Shown piece by piece: positions 24,355 through 40,063 of a stretch of DNA of 64,000 nt. The notes under the pieces are model-generated. The model searched no databases, was not told where the DNA came from, and saw only the letters and a list, made by a program, of their open reading frames with translations. Every line of letters starts with the position of its first letter. Positions within the stretch are counted from its first letter, which is position 1. Position numbers and translations under genes: made by a program. The stretch covers positions 27,962,001 through 28,026,000 of the forward strand of contig OZ024752.1 in assembly GCA_964016885.1 (NCBI GenBank), given 5' to 3'. Source of the stretch: Eledone cirrhosa. Its lineage: Eukaryota.

Positions 24355-25004
24355 TGTTATATTTGGGGAGGGTCATATTTGCGTAATATTGCCAGAATTA
24401 ATAACAGAACACACTCACTGTTTGGTTGGTTTTCGCTTCTCGCTGTCTTTTATATATATATATCTGCGATCTAACTTACTCGGTCCTCAATGTTGCCATT
24501 GACTGACCGGCGGTCAAAAATAATACAGATACAATATAGACAAACACATATATATATAGTTTACATAATTTACATAAATCTTTCGTTGCACATCTGCAAC
24601 ATCGTCAGTGGTGTTATATTCATTGTTCCTCCTGTTGTGTTGTATGTCTACGCCATTTTTTTTTGTTCAGTCTGAACAAAAGAGACTGAACAAAAAAAAA
24701 TGGCGTAGACATACAACACAACAGGAGGAACAATGAATATAACACCACTGACGATGTTGCAGATGTGCAACGAAAGATTTATGTAAATTATGTAAACTAT
24801 ATATATATGTGTTTGTCTATATTGTATCTGTATTATTTTTGACCGCCGGTCAGTCAATGGCAACATTGAGGACCGAGTAAGTTAGATCGCAGATATATAT
24901 ATATAAAAGACAGCGAGAAGCGAAAACCAACCAAACAGTGAGTGTGTTCTGTTATTAATTCTGGCAATATTACGCAAATATGACCCTCCCCAAATATAAC
25001 AATA
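24352..25004. repeat. Near-perfect palindrome (arms about 322 bp, 9-nt spacer) of a Naiad-related pLTR; tail to 25060
   Basis: Centre at 24678; terminal GACCCTCCCCAAATATAACAAT and tail resemble the 57291-61118 family; hammerhead core CUGACGA..GUUGC/GCAAC-GAAA at about 24745-24784. Confidence 0.92.
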
Positions 25005-25059
25005 TCTGTTTCGACACACGATTTCATATAAAAAACCTCGCAAAACTAATTCATCGCCG

Positions 25060-27526
<2,467 letters not shown>

Positions 27527-28297
27527 AGATTCAGGAGCCCGACGGCAGAGCTCCGGACGTTTAGACATCTAGATTCGAACGAAGCCACCAGTCTGGTGGC
27601 TTAGTTCGGATCTACCTCTCAAAATGGCCGGAACTCAGCCGTCGGGGTCCTGAATCTTTTCATATTATGCATGGTGCATTATGGTCCACCTGGTACCACA
27701 CCCTCTTTGTTATATATATATACATAATATTATATTATATTGGAAGGGCGGGGTATGGGCAGTATCGGTAGAGAGTCGGACGCCATGCTTTCCAGCATAG
27801 TTACGTCCCTTTACAGTCTGAGTTCAAATCACGCCGAGGTTTATTTTGCCTTTCATCCTTACGGGGTCGATAAAATAAAGTACCAGTAATGCACTGGGTA
27901 ATTGCTGGCCTTGTGCCTAAAGTAGAAACAATTATATTATATTCCCTACATACGCCAAATTAGTCATGGGATTCCAAGAATGACAAATTTAATTTAATTC
28001 GGAGACTCTAATATAATATAATATAATATAATATAATATACATATATATATACATATGTATATTATATTATATTATATTATATATGTGAGGAATATAATA
28101 TAATATAATTGTTTCTACTTTAGGTATAAGGTCAGTATATTACTGGTACTTTATTTTATCGACCCTGTAAGGATGAAAAGCAAAGTTAAACTCGGCGGGA
28201 TTTGAGCACAGAATGGCAAGGGCCGTAACTCTATGCGTCAAAGCATGACGTCCGCCCCTCTAACGATACTGCCAATCCACCGCCCTAATATATATAA

Positions 28298-31200
28298 TCT
28301 ATATATATAAAACAGAGGATGTGTGTTTGTCTGTGTGTGGATGCTACATTATTCGAGGTTGGCGTCTACACCGCTCGCCCGATCTCGCATACATCACTCC
28401 TCATGACCCTTTACATTGCTTAGGATACTTTGTTTTTTATAGGTTCCCCCAGGGGTCCGCAATCCACCTTTTTGTCTATTTTGGGTGAAATCGGGAGATG
28501 AGGTTGCATTTTATGCACGCGTGAAAAATTTTTCCTTTTGAGTTTTTTGACCTCGTTTTTTGCTAATATGGGTAGAAAAGAGTCTAAATTTTGTTGACGT
28601 GCTCGAATCATTTTGAAATTCGGACGAGAGTGAAGCTCGAGGTCGAATCTCCACTTCGTATATAGAGAGACAGGAATAACAGGTCTTATAGTAACATTAC
28701 CTTCCCCTTCCTCCTTCTTTAGAGAGAGAGAGGGGAAGATAGCGAGAGAAGTTTTGGGTGTCACAGAAATATTACATTCCCCTCTCCACTTTGGTCAGTG
28801 AGCGAACCACTGTTGCTATAGTAACATTACCTTCCCCTCCCCCTTCTTTATTGACCCAGGAATATAGAGAGAAACGTTGTTGGTGTTACAGTAACATTAC
28901 CTTCCCCTCTCCACTTACTTTGGTCTTTGAGACCGAGGGAACCACTGTTGCTATAGTTACAGCTTCACGTGACACAAACCAGTTCCTGCCAGTTCTGACC
29001 ACCTGGCACCAGTTGAGTCAGTTTTTGCTTTCTTTCGGTCGAGAAGTGGACAAATTTTCGCCTTGAATAAAAAAAAAAATTTCCTGGACGCTTTGCAAAG
29101 CTTTGGTTTTCAAACGCTACACTTGCTACTTGGTTAGGCGACTGTGTAGACGTGTGCGTCACTCTCACTGCATTACATTTTGTGACCTCGCTTTCGGAGT
29201 TTGCCATTCCCAGTACGTTTTTTGTTTACTTTTTTCTTGCTTAAAATTGTAACAATTTGTCACTTTTTTTTACCTTCCCCAAAATACTGCTTATCACCTT
29301 CGCTTTTTTGCCTTTGTTCTAAACCTGCTTCCCCTTTACTGTTTACTGTACTATTGCAACCATGCCACTGAAAAGAAAGAGTACCCTTAGCCGTAGGAAA
29401 ACATCGTCTGTTGTTTCAAAAAAGAGGCGATTGAATGAGCAGTCTATGGATGCCGGACTGCATTTTTGGCCACAAACCCCTGTTACTTCGCTTTCAAACT
29501 TAAGTGCCCCTAGCACAGCCCAACCCAGCGCCTCTCTATCTACGGTTACCGCTTCGAATGGTGCCATTCGTAATTGTTGGAATGCAGTTGCAACAGCCGC
29601 CTCTAGGGCAGCAGAGAGTGACAGCCAAAGAGCTCTTCGTAGGGCTAGGAATGCTGCAACTACTGCTGCTGCAAGGGCCTCCGAAACTAAACAGCAAACA
29701 GCCACCAGACGGTCAAAGAACGCTGCTTCAACCGCCGCCTCCCGTGCCGGAGAAACCGACCAGGAGACAGCCATACGAAGGTCCAAGGACTCCGCCTCCA
29801 AGGCAGCTGCCAGAGCATCCCAGACCGAGATACAGACAGCCATCCGAAGGTCCAAGGACTCCGCCTCCACCGCAGCTGCCAGAGCATCCCAGACCGAGAT
29901 ACAGACAGCCATCCGAAGGTCCCAGAACGCTGTATCCACCGCCGCCTCCCGTGCCGCAGAACATCAAACAGCCCGTCGTGCTCGGTTGGACACAAACAAC
30001 GCACGAAGAGACACCGCCAGAGGAACAACGAGTCCACGTGAGTCATTTTGGCTTATGAAGGCTTTCAACTACGATCCAACAGTAAAATACTCCGACCGTA
30101 CGGACATTCAACTAGGCAGGATGGATGTCATATGCCAATTCTGTGGTGCAGAGAAGTGGCCCGGAGAACCACCAAGCCTGTGCTGCTCTAATGGGAAGGT
30201 TTCACTTCCTCCTTTGGCGGCCCCTCCAGAACCTTTGCGAGAACTTCTTAGCGGAGAGACCTCTACGTCAACAGACTTCCTTGGCAACATAAGGAAATAC
30301 AACTGCGCCTTCCGGATGACTTCGTTCGGGGCCAAAATTGTCCGAGAAAGCGGGTGGATGCCAACCTTTAAGGTTCAGGGCCAGGTTTACCACTATGTCG
30401 GTCCTCTACAGCCTGCGCCGTCAGCGCAACCCGCCTTCCTGCAAATTTACTTCATAGCTGACTACAACAAGCAGGCTGACATGCGCTCATCTGTCATCCC
30501 AGCTGATGGCACTAGAGAGAACCTGGACAGAGACGTCCTCCTTGCGCTGCAGCAAATGCTACACTCCGAAAACAGCTACGTGCAGAGCTTTAAGTACGCC
30601 TTGGAGACTACTGACCTGCCTAACTTCAACATTGTCATCGATGCTGACAAAAGACCATCAGGAGAACACGCCCGTCGATTCAACGAGCCCGCGTGCAACG
30701 AGGTGGCACTCGTCCTTCACGGAGACCAGCACAAACCCCGGGATATCGTCATATCCAACCGTGCAACTGGCCTCCACAGAATACGCAAAACACACCGATC
30801 CGACGACAGCCTCCAATACCCTCTATTTTTCCCCCACGGCGAGGATGGCTACCACTTCAAGACTCCACACTGCCAGCCAAACCAGCCCTCCGTTGCTGCC
30901 GCCAAAATCGTGTCCTGCAAGGAATTTTACGCATAACGACTCATGCCTCGGAGAAACTGTTTCAACAGTTTTCACAGATCGCAGGACCTACTGAACCAAT
31001 TTGCGGTGGATATGGCAGCAAAGATGTAGTCAGAACGACTGGCCTTCATTCGAACCCACCAGCAGCAACTGCGTAGCGAAAGCTACATACACCTACGAGA
31101 CGGCTTGACCAACGACGGGGATCCCCGAAACATTGGCAAGGTCTGCATCCTGCCTTCTACCTTCACTGGAGGACCTCGGTACATGCACGAGAGGACTCAG

Positions 31201-34200
31201 GACGCCATGACCTACGTGCGGGCCTACGGCCGTCCTGACCTCTTCATCACCTTTACGTGCAACCCGAAGCGGATGAGATCACCCGAGAAGTCCTTTCAGG
31301 GCAGTCATACCACCACCGCCTTGACCTCATAGCGAAGGCTTTCGAGAGGAACATACAGAAAATGAAGGCATGTTGTGCAAAAGCCAACATCTTCGGCCCT
31401 ACTAGATGCCATACGTACACCGTAGAATGGCAGAAACGGGGCCTGCCTCACATTCATCTGTTACTGTGGCTGCAGAACAAGATCAACTCCAACGACATCG
31501 ACAAATTTATCTGCCCAGAGATCCCCAACCCTGCCACCGACAAAGAACTCTTCGACGTCGTCACGGCTTCCATGATACACGGACCCTGTTATCCGGGTTC
31601 TAACCATTCGTGTCAGAAAGACGGGATCTGTAGTAAGAGGTACCCTAGGAAATTTGTTTCAGAGACCCAAACAGGGCACGATGGCTATCCCCCTGTACAG
31701 GCGCTGGTCGCCTGAAGACGGTGGTTTTACTGCCATTGTAAGGGGCAAGCAAGTCGACAATCGATGGATGGTCCCCTATTGTCCACTTCTCACTTCGACG
31801 TTCCAAGCCCACATTAATGTGGAATTCTGTAGCTCAGTTAAATCGATTAAATATGTTTGCAAGTACGTCAACAAGGGCTGCGATTCCGCCGCATTCGCCC
31901 TCCAGTCCGACCGGGACGAGGTCAGTGAGTACCTATCGGACCGGTACATAAGTACAAATGAAGCGTTTTGGCGAATGTTTGGTTTTTCTATCCATGAAAG
32001 GTACCCCAAAATCACAAACCTGGCGGTCCACTTAGAGAACGGACAGCGGGTTTACTTTACGGCCGCAAATGCTGCTCAAGTTGCGGCTAACCCCCAAAAA
32101 ACCACGTTAACCGCTTTCTTTAAACTCTGTCACGTAGACGCTTTTGCGAGAACTCTAATTTACCCTGAGGTGCCGTCCTACTTCACTTGGCACCGCAATA
32201 ACTGGGTACGGCGAAAAACTGGTAAGGCAGTTGAATCGCATCCGGGAGTTAAATTTTCTGACTGCCTCGGTAGAGTCTAAACGGTTCCCCCCAACCCAAC
32301 CTGAGTGCTTTCACCTGCGCATTCTTCTGCACGAGGTCAAGGGGCCGCAAGATTTCTTTGACTTAAAAACAGTAAACGGGGAACTTTGCAACACTTTTCG
32401 AGAAGCCTGCTTTAGGCTTGGTCTCTTGGAAGATGACTCCCAATGGGACTCGACCCTCGCCGATGGTGCTCTGCTGAAATCCCCACAGAAATTAGGGGAA
32501 CTGTTTGCCTTTTTGCTGCACAATTGTGGCTTAGCTAACCCTTCAGCCCTTTGGCTGAAGTACAGGGACGATTTGTGCGAGGACTTCCTCCGCACAGCCA
32601 AACGGCAAAATCCGTCTTTAGAAGTGGGGTTCACCGAAATCATTTACAACCAAGGGCTAATTTCCATCCAAGAAGAGCTCCTTCAACTAGGGGGGAATGA
32701 CTTGCCAACATACGGCTTGCCAGCCGCCAGCAGGGAAAATGTTAGTGTGCTGGGTCCAGATATTCTGTTGTAGACATCTTACGATGTCGCCATGTTGACA
32801 ACTTTCCTAGATGAAAATGAACGTAAGCTTCTTCCCGAGCAAAGGGTTGCTTATGAGACTGTCGTTAACAGTGCACTGGGTGGATTAGGTTGTGTCTTCT
32901 TTCTTGATGCCTCTGGCGGTACAGGCAAAACCTTCGTTACCTCCCTCATTTTGGCGCGTCTTCAACAACAAAAAAAGATTGGCCTTGCGGTCGCCTCATC
33001 GGGGATCGCCGCTATCTTGCTGCCTGGAGGGAAGACGGCTCATGCTGCCTTTAAGCTTCCGTTGGACTTCGCACGAACTGATACGCCGACGTGCAACATT
33101 AGCAAGCACTCGGACAAAGCGGCACTTCTCGCAAAATGTCGCCTCATTGTGTGGGACGAATGCACCATGGCACATAAGGGTGCTCTGGGGGCATTAGATA
33201 GGAGTTTAAAAGATATCAGAAACTCCTCGGCACCCTTGGGTGACGTGACTTTACTGCTTTCGGGTGACTTCAGGCAAACGCTGCCTGTTATCCCCAAAGG
33301 GACAAGGGCTGATGAAGTCCGCGCATGCCTGAAGTCGTCGAATCTTTGGCCTATCGTTCGGACACTCCGCCTGAGCGTTAACATGCTGGCGCAGTTGCTC
33401 GGGGACAGCACGTCTGCTGAATTCGGCCAGTCCATCCTAGCTATAGGGGAAGGTCGACTTCCTTCCAACGAAAAGGGTGAGGTGTCGCTGGCATCTGTCA
33501 GTAATACAGTTGACAGTCCTCAGGCCCTTTTAGAAGCTATTTTTCCAAACCTACATGTTAACTACACTAACTTAGATTGGCTTAGTTCAAGAGCCATCCT
33601 AGCCCCCAAGAACTCTGCTGTTAATGCTCTCAACGAAGAGCTACTCGGCAAGATTCCAGCCCAAGAGAAAATTTTTAAGTCTATAGACCGCGTCACCGAT
33701 CCACAGGAGGCGACGGATTACCCAGTAGAGTTTTCGAATAGCCTTGACCCCCCAGGTCTCCCACCCCACATCCTGAAGCTCAAGGTCGGCAGTCCGATTA
33801 TGCTTATGCGTAACATGCGCCCCCCAAAACAGTGCAACGGCACTCGAATGGTAGTCAAATCAATGACGAACCATCTCATTGAAGCAACCATTTTAACTGG
33901 TTGTGGTAAAGGTGAGACCGTCATGATTCCAAGGCTAAGCATCCAACCTTCGACCACGGACATCCCGATAGGTTTTAGGCGACATCAGTTTCCTGTAAGG
34001 CCCTGCTTCGCGATCACCATAAACAAATCTCAGGGTCAAACTTTGTCCGTGGCGGGCATTCATCTAAAAGAGCCCTGCTTTGCTCATGGCCAACTTTATG
34101 TTGCCTGCTCGCGAGTTGGGAGTAAGGACTCCCTTTTTTCATACACACCCAAAGGTATGACCCGCAACATAGTCTACAAAGAGGTCCTGTAACGTGCATT

Positions 34201-34921
34201 AGCACTGAGATGATTTAACACAAAAAGAGTTTATATATATACAAACACATACACACACTCACATACAGATATATATTTATCATTATCTATAAAAGCGAGT
34301 GTGTGTGCATGTTCCTTTTCTATACGATTAAAAAAAAACACCTCCTTCAATGGAAAATTACTTATCAATATTCAAAATAGCTTCAATTAGGTCATGCAGA
34401 ATTTATATATTTAAAATTAATCCCCAATTACGCAAAAAAAAATCGATAAAACTCAATAATTCACGATATACCTCTCTCATAAATCTGATATCGAAACTGA
34501 AGATTACGACCCTAAATGGTGGACAGTTCGAAATACTGCTGCTGCTGTGCTTCTGGCTGTTGCTCATCTCATTCTATCAGGCTCTTCCAACAACTTTACA
34601 GTACTTTATCATCCGTTTAAAAAAAACTGTCTTTTGGCTGTTTTTTTGTTTTCGACGGAAAATTTATTACGATTCTGTTTGCTATTCTTAATATATATAT
34701 TTTTTTGTGTTCCCTTTTTGTGATTTTTGTTGGTTTCTTGGTTGAGAAAAGAAGATGGTAAAACCCGGTTGAAGAGATTTTCATTTCTAAATTCTATTAT
34801 CATTACAACTTTGACATATTTTATGTAAAGTGAATATAAAAAAAAAATTCTTCATATTTATTGTTTCCTAATCTGAATAAAAACAGCAGTAACCCGGGCA
34901 AACGCCGGGTCATTCAGCTAG
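28298..34921 (+). mobile_element. Full-length Helitron (rolling-circle transposon), coding region disrupted
   Basis: 5' end a|TCTATATATATAAAACAGAG; 3' GC hairpin ACCCGGGCAAACGCCGGGT (34892-34910) followed by CTAG|t; inserted between A and T; internal Rep-Pif1 helicase reading frames. Confidence 0.95.
29362..34192 (+). pseudogene. Helitron Rep/Helicase (HUH endonuclease plus Pif1-family helicase) with stops and frameshifts
   Basis: Zn-finger CQFCGAEKW..CCSNGKV; Rep motifs PDLFITFTCNP, VEWQKRGLPHIHLLLW, KYVCKYVNKG; helicase motifs DASGGTGKT, VWDECTM, GDFRQTLPV, FAITINKSQGQTL, HGQLYVACSRV. Lesions near 30934, 31027, 31270, 31690, 32278 and 32771. Confidence 0.93.
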
Positions 34922-34936
34922 TATAATATAATATAC

Positions 34937-35049
<113 letters not shown>

Positions 35050-35087
35050 TATAAATATTAAAAAATAGATGTTCTTTTGATCAATAC

Positions 35088-35140
35088 ATTTTATTATACA
35101 TATTTCAGAGGTACAATAGTACGTCCTCATCAGACAAAAT
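35088..35140 (-). ncRNA. Type-I minimal hammerhead ribozyme
   Basis: Minus: AUUUUGU-CUGAUGA-GGACGUAC(uauu)GUACCUCU-GAAA-UAUGUA-UA-AUAAAAU. Confidence 0.75.
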
Positions 35141-35823
35141 ATAATGACACATGACATACCCTGAGATATTAAATGGTTAAGATTTAATCAAGGTAGTGAT
35201 TAACCTAAGAGAAAATTCAACATCTATACCCTAATAATGAGAAAATGCGAAAACGTAATAAATTCAATAGAGGATGTATGAGTAAGAAAAACGTTGCTTA
35301 ATGTGACAGCTATAGATATTTTAAAATGTGGGATACTACAAATTGAGATTATCTAGGAAAACGTCTCTTGAACTATAACAGTTATGAAGGCAACTGATAG
35401 AAGATTTAAAGAGAGAATAAGATAAAGGGGATAATATATGCAGAAAAATTTTTTTCCCTAAAGGCTAAACGGTTAAGCTTCAAAATATTTAATTTGTGTT
35501 ATTTTAAGGGTGAAGAATCAAAATTTCAAATTTTTTTTAAAGTTGATGGTTATTTATATTTATTAATTTTATAAATTCTATAAATGTATTAACAGTTCTA
35601 AAATTCTGAATTTTATGAAGACAAAATTTAAAGGATTTACTTGGCCAGCGAAAGGAATATTTACACGGTTGAATATTTTCTTAAATGTAATCTTTAACGA
35701 AAATTACCTATAAGAATGTCAACATTTACGGTATGTAAAGCTTATGAAGTACTTATAGTTAGAAATATCTAAACATTTATTTTAAAGTACTTAGTGTAAT
35801 GATTAACGCAGAGTTTTCAGCCA

Positions 35824-35949
<126 letters not shown>

Positions 35950-36199
35950 GAATTATGGTAAGAAATTAATATTTGTTATATTATATTAAATCTCTATATA
36001 AGTTCTACATTCATGAGAGGAATAAACTCTAAATAGTAAATATGCTTTTGTACAATATATCTATATTTGCACAAACTATATATAGCGTTAAACCAAAACG
36101 GAAATTATGTTATTATACACTATAGATATATGTGCAAAAAAAATCCAAAGCTGAGATATACGTAACTAATAATATGATTATGTTATTATACAGATACAC

Positions 36200-36234
<35 letters not shown>

Positions 36235-36447
36235 CATATGTATATTATATTATATTATACGTCCCTTTATTATCTGAGTTCAAATCCCGCCAACGTTGAC
36301 TTTGCCTATCATCCTTACGGGGTCGGTAACATAAAGTACCAGTAATGCACTGGGTAATTGCTGGCCCTGTGCCTAAAGTAGAAACAATTATATTATATTA
36401 TATATGTGGGGAATATAATATAATATAATATAATATAATATAATATA

Positions 36448-36480
<33 letters not shown>

Positions 36481-36491
<11 letters not shown>

Positions 36492-37609
36492 ATGAATCAA
36501 AGAACTGTTCAAAACATTTTTGTGCTTACAACTGTTTCCTCCAAACCGAGGTTTGGATTCTTCGGAGCAATTTATTAATGAATGGACAGTTATATGACTT
36601 CCTTTTCACCCAAGAGATATGCAGATACATATGCAAATATTGTGGGTCAACATTCATTACAGCATTTAGTGTGGCAGTACACACTTAGAGATTACATTCA
36701 TATTAAAACGTACAATCAAAAATCAAAAATACAGGTTAAAATACAACATGAAAATAAGCGGTTATATAGTGCAAATGTTATATGTGTGGCAAGTACGTGC
36801 GTCTTGTTTATATAGTGTGGCAGAGAGTTACGTGTAGTAGAAGCACTCAGGTAGGTAAACAAGAGTGTTAGGTTGGTTGATCTGGTGGCAAATTCTTCCG
36901 GGTAGTATTCAATGTCGATTCTCGAAACGTAACAGCCTCCTGTATTGAACTAATGAACATCAGACTACGATTCTCTAACTGGATTGTCAAACGCTCAATA
37001 TCGAATTGTCGTGGATTATGTGAGGGGCATATAATCTGAAAAATACACTCCCCTGACTATGAAAATGTCGAAGTACATGAAGCCCATATCATCCCTTCGC
37101 TGCGCATTTCCAATACTTTTAATATCTTTAATGCTTGCACTATTTTTAATGCTTATATCATCTCTCCACACACAGACTATAACAATCATATAAAGAATTT
37201 GCCACCAGATCAACCAACCTAACACTCTTGTTTACCTACCTAAGTGCTTCTACTACACGTAACTCTCTGCCACACTATATAAACAAGACGCACGTGCTTG
37301 CCACACATATAACATTTGCACTATATAACCGCTTATTTTGATGTTGTATTTTAACCTGTATTTTTGATTTTTGATTGTACCTTTTAATATGAATGTAATC
37401 TCTAAGTGTGTACTGCCACTCTAAATGCTGTAATGACTGTTGACCCACAATATTTGCATATGTATCTGTATGTCTCTTGGGTGAAAAGGAGGTCATATAA
37501 CTGTCCATTCATTAATAAATTGCTCCGAAGAATCCAAACCTCGGTTTGGAGGAAACAGTTTTAAGCACAAAAATGTTTTGAACAGTTCTTTGATTCTTAT
37601 ATTTCATAT
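36481..37609. repeat. Inverted repeat (417-bp arms, 295-bp spacer) of a hammerhead pLTR; tail to about 37708
   Basis: Arms 36481-36897 and 37193-37609 with scattered mismatches; near-identical ORFs 36582(+) and 37275(-). Confidence 0.92.
37521..37567 (+). ncRNA. Hammerhead-like motif with CCGAAGA core variant (also 36523-36569 -, 56588-56634 -, 57042-57088 +)
   Basis: UGCU-CCGAAGA-aUCCAAACC(uc)GGUUUGGAg-GAAA-CAGUUU-UA-AGCA; the copy at 56588 has palindromic stem III ACAAUUGU. Confidence 0.65.
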
Positions 37610-37773
37610 AACTGCTCTGTAAATCATCTGATGTTTTTACATTGAGCTACTTAACTTACTTAGGAATAAGGTAGTACTATATTACTGCCTACCACTATTT
37701 AGGGTTTGTATAAAAAAATATATATAACTGCAAAAGGTTTTTGTATTTACATAACCATAAATAGTATAATTAA

Positions 37774-37871
<98 letters not shown>

Positions 37872-37995
37872 ATATTATATTATATTATATATGTGGGGAA
37901 TATAATATAATATAATATATATATGTATATTATATTATATTCCCGATATATATAATATAATATAATATAATATAATATAATATAATATAATATAC

Positions 37996-38034
<39 letters not shown>

Positions 38035-38057
38035 CATATGTATATTATATTATATTA

Positions 38058-38340
38058 TATTCCCCACATACGCCAAATTAGTCATGGGATTCCACGAACA
38101 ACACATTTAATTTACAATCAATCCCGTCAATTATTCGGAGACTCTTTCTTTACACATCTCAAAAATAATTGGAAGAGGTACCTAGACGATTGCTATATAC
38201 TATGGCAGGAAAACATCAATACACACACTCTTTTCAAAAATATGATAAACAACATTAACAATAACATACAATTCACAATGGAGTCCAACTCCAAGAAATT
38301 AGCCTTCCTGGATATCCTTATTTTTAAAAATAACCGAATA
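38058..38340 (+). mobile_element. RT fragment of the same Neptune-like family
   Basis: NWKRYLDDCYILW...IQFTMESNSKKLAFLDILI; aligns with 62860-63115. Confidence 0.8.
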
Positions 38341-39036
38341 ACGGTTGTAAATTTATTAAAAAAATAAAAAAAATAAAAAATTGATGAGGTTTATGATTGA
38401 TGATGTTTATGATTACAGATATAGAAATTAAGTATACTATTTATTTAGGGTTTATATACCGAAGGATTTATTAAGGGGTGCGCGAAAAAGTTTTATTAAA
38501 AGGTATTATTAAAATAAAATAAAGTAAAAAATAAAGTAAAATAAAATAAGATAATTTTTTAATTTATTTATAAATTTACAACAGTTATTCAGTTATTTTT
38601 CAATGGTGACAGCGTTTTACAGTTTAAATTTCTCTCTCTCACTCTCTCTCTCCCTCTCTCTCTCTCTCTCCTTTCTCTGTCTTTCTCCTCCTTCCTTCTT
38701 ATACTCTTCCTTCTTTTTTCCTTTCTTCCTCTTCTTTCCTTTTTCCCCTTCCTTCCCTTTTTTCCAATCTTCTATATCCTTTTAAATTTACTTATCATAA
38801 GTTCACTAGACACTACCTTGTTAACAAGTGTTCTTTTTAGGCATCATATCTGATGAGAACGGAAATATCGTCCCAGCATGATATTTGTTTTTGATATGCG
38901 CAAAATAAAATACAGGGAACTTTTTTAACCATCTTTTAATTTCTTTTTATATATACTCCAGTCCAATAAACTGTTGAGAGCTACTTATCCGATATTTGCA
39001 TTGCTTTATTGTTCTACAATAAAACTCACCTCCTAC

Positions 39037-39141
<105 letters not shown>

Positions 39142-39162
39142 ATATATGTATATATATGAGTG

Positions 39163-39201
<39 letters not shown>

Positions 39202-39782
39202 ATCACTCATCCGATATAGTTATACTTGTAAAATAATAAAGCATACATTTTGACGTTCTCTCCGCGTCACTCTCCACCAGTTTCTTCCTGTCACTCTCCC
39301 ATTTCCTTGCTACATCAATGGACCTGTATATCATTGGTCTTTAAGAGTAATTAGTTTTCTTACAAAACTAGGATCCTACTTTCACCAAACCTCTTGGTAT
39401 AACAACTCTTCCTATGCATTGAAACTACTAACACATGCGAATATATCACTGTCATTCCTACACATTATAAACAACAGTAATTTCTGTTCTCAATCACAAT
39501 CACCACCAGTACCATTACCTACAGAACACCCATTAACGACAAGAACACAAATACAATAATACACCAACAGCACTATCATTAACACTACATCTATCATTAA
39601 TGATCCAAGTACAATATCTTATAACACCATTATGCCTAAGAGGGAGAACAAAGACCCCCATCTTCACCACTCACAGCAACAGAACCATTGTCATCATTAT
39701 CATAATAATTATCATAAGACCGTTTACCTTTGTAGGTGATAGTTATAATGTACTGGGAGTATGTGAATAGTATGTTCGAACC

Positions 39783-39877
39783 GTGGTAGTTATGTGTGTG
39801 GTTATTCAATTACTTTCTCTATATAAACTCAGCTGTGAAGCAGGACCAGTGTCCAGTCTGTGAAGTAAGCCATAGCT
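39783..39877 (+). promoter_or_regulatory. Core promoter of S-crystallin 2
   Basis: TATATAAA at 39820-39827 plus the 42-bp block shared with paralogue 1. Confidence 0.8.
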
Positions 39878-39930
39878 AACACATTAGCTCCGAACATTAC
39901 CAACTCTAAAACCAACCTTAAACACCAACC

Positions 39931-40063
39931 ATGCCTTCCTACACTCTCCACTACTTCAACCACCGTGGCCGTGCTGAAATATGCCGTATGATGTTTGCAG
40001 CTGCTGGTGTCCAGTACAATGACCGTAGGATCGAATACTCAGACTGGGACAACATGAGAAGCA
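39931..40063 (+). CDS. S-crystallin 2 exon 1
   Basis: ATG at 39931; same protein as paralogue 1 exon 1; donor GTATGT. Confidence 0.95.

Noticed and set aside
29343-30058. Overlapping antisense and alternative-frame ORFs with repeated peptides
   Set aside because: Shadows of the GC-rich 69-bp repeat within the Helitron ORF.
38843-38912. CUGAUGA followed by a stem, AATAAA and a tail motif
   Set aside because: GAAA and the stem I partner are not recoverable; at best a decayed hammerhead.
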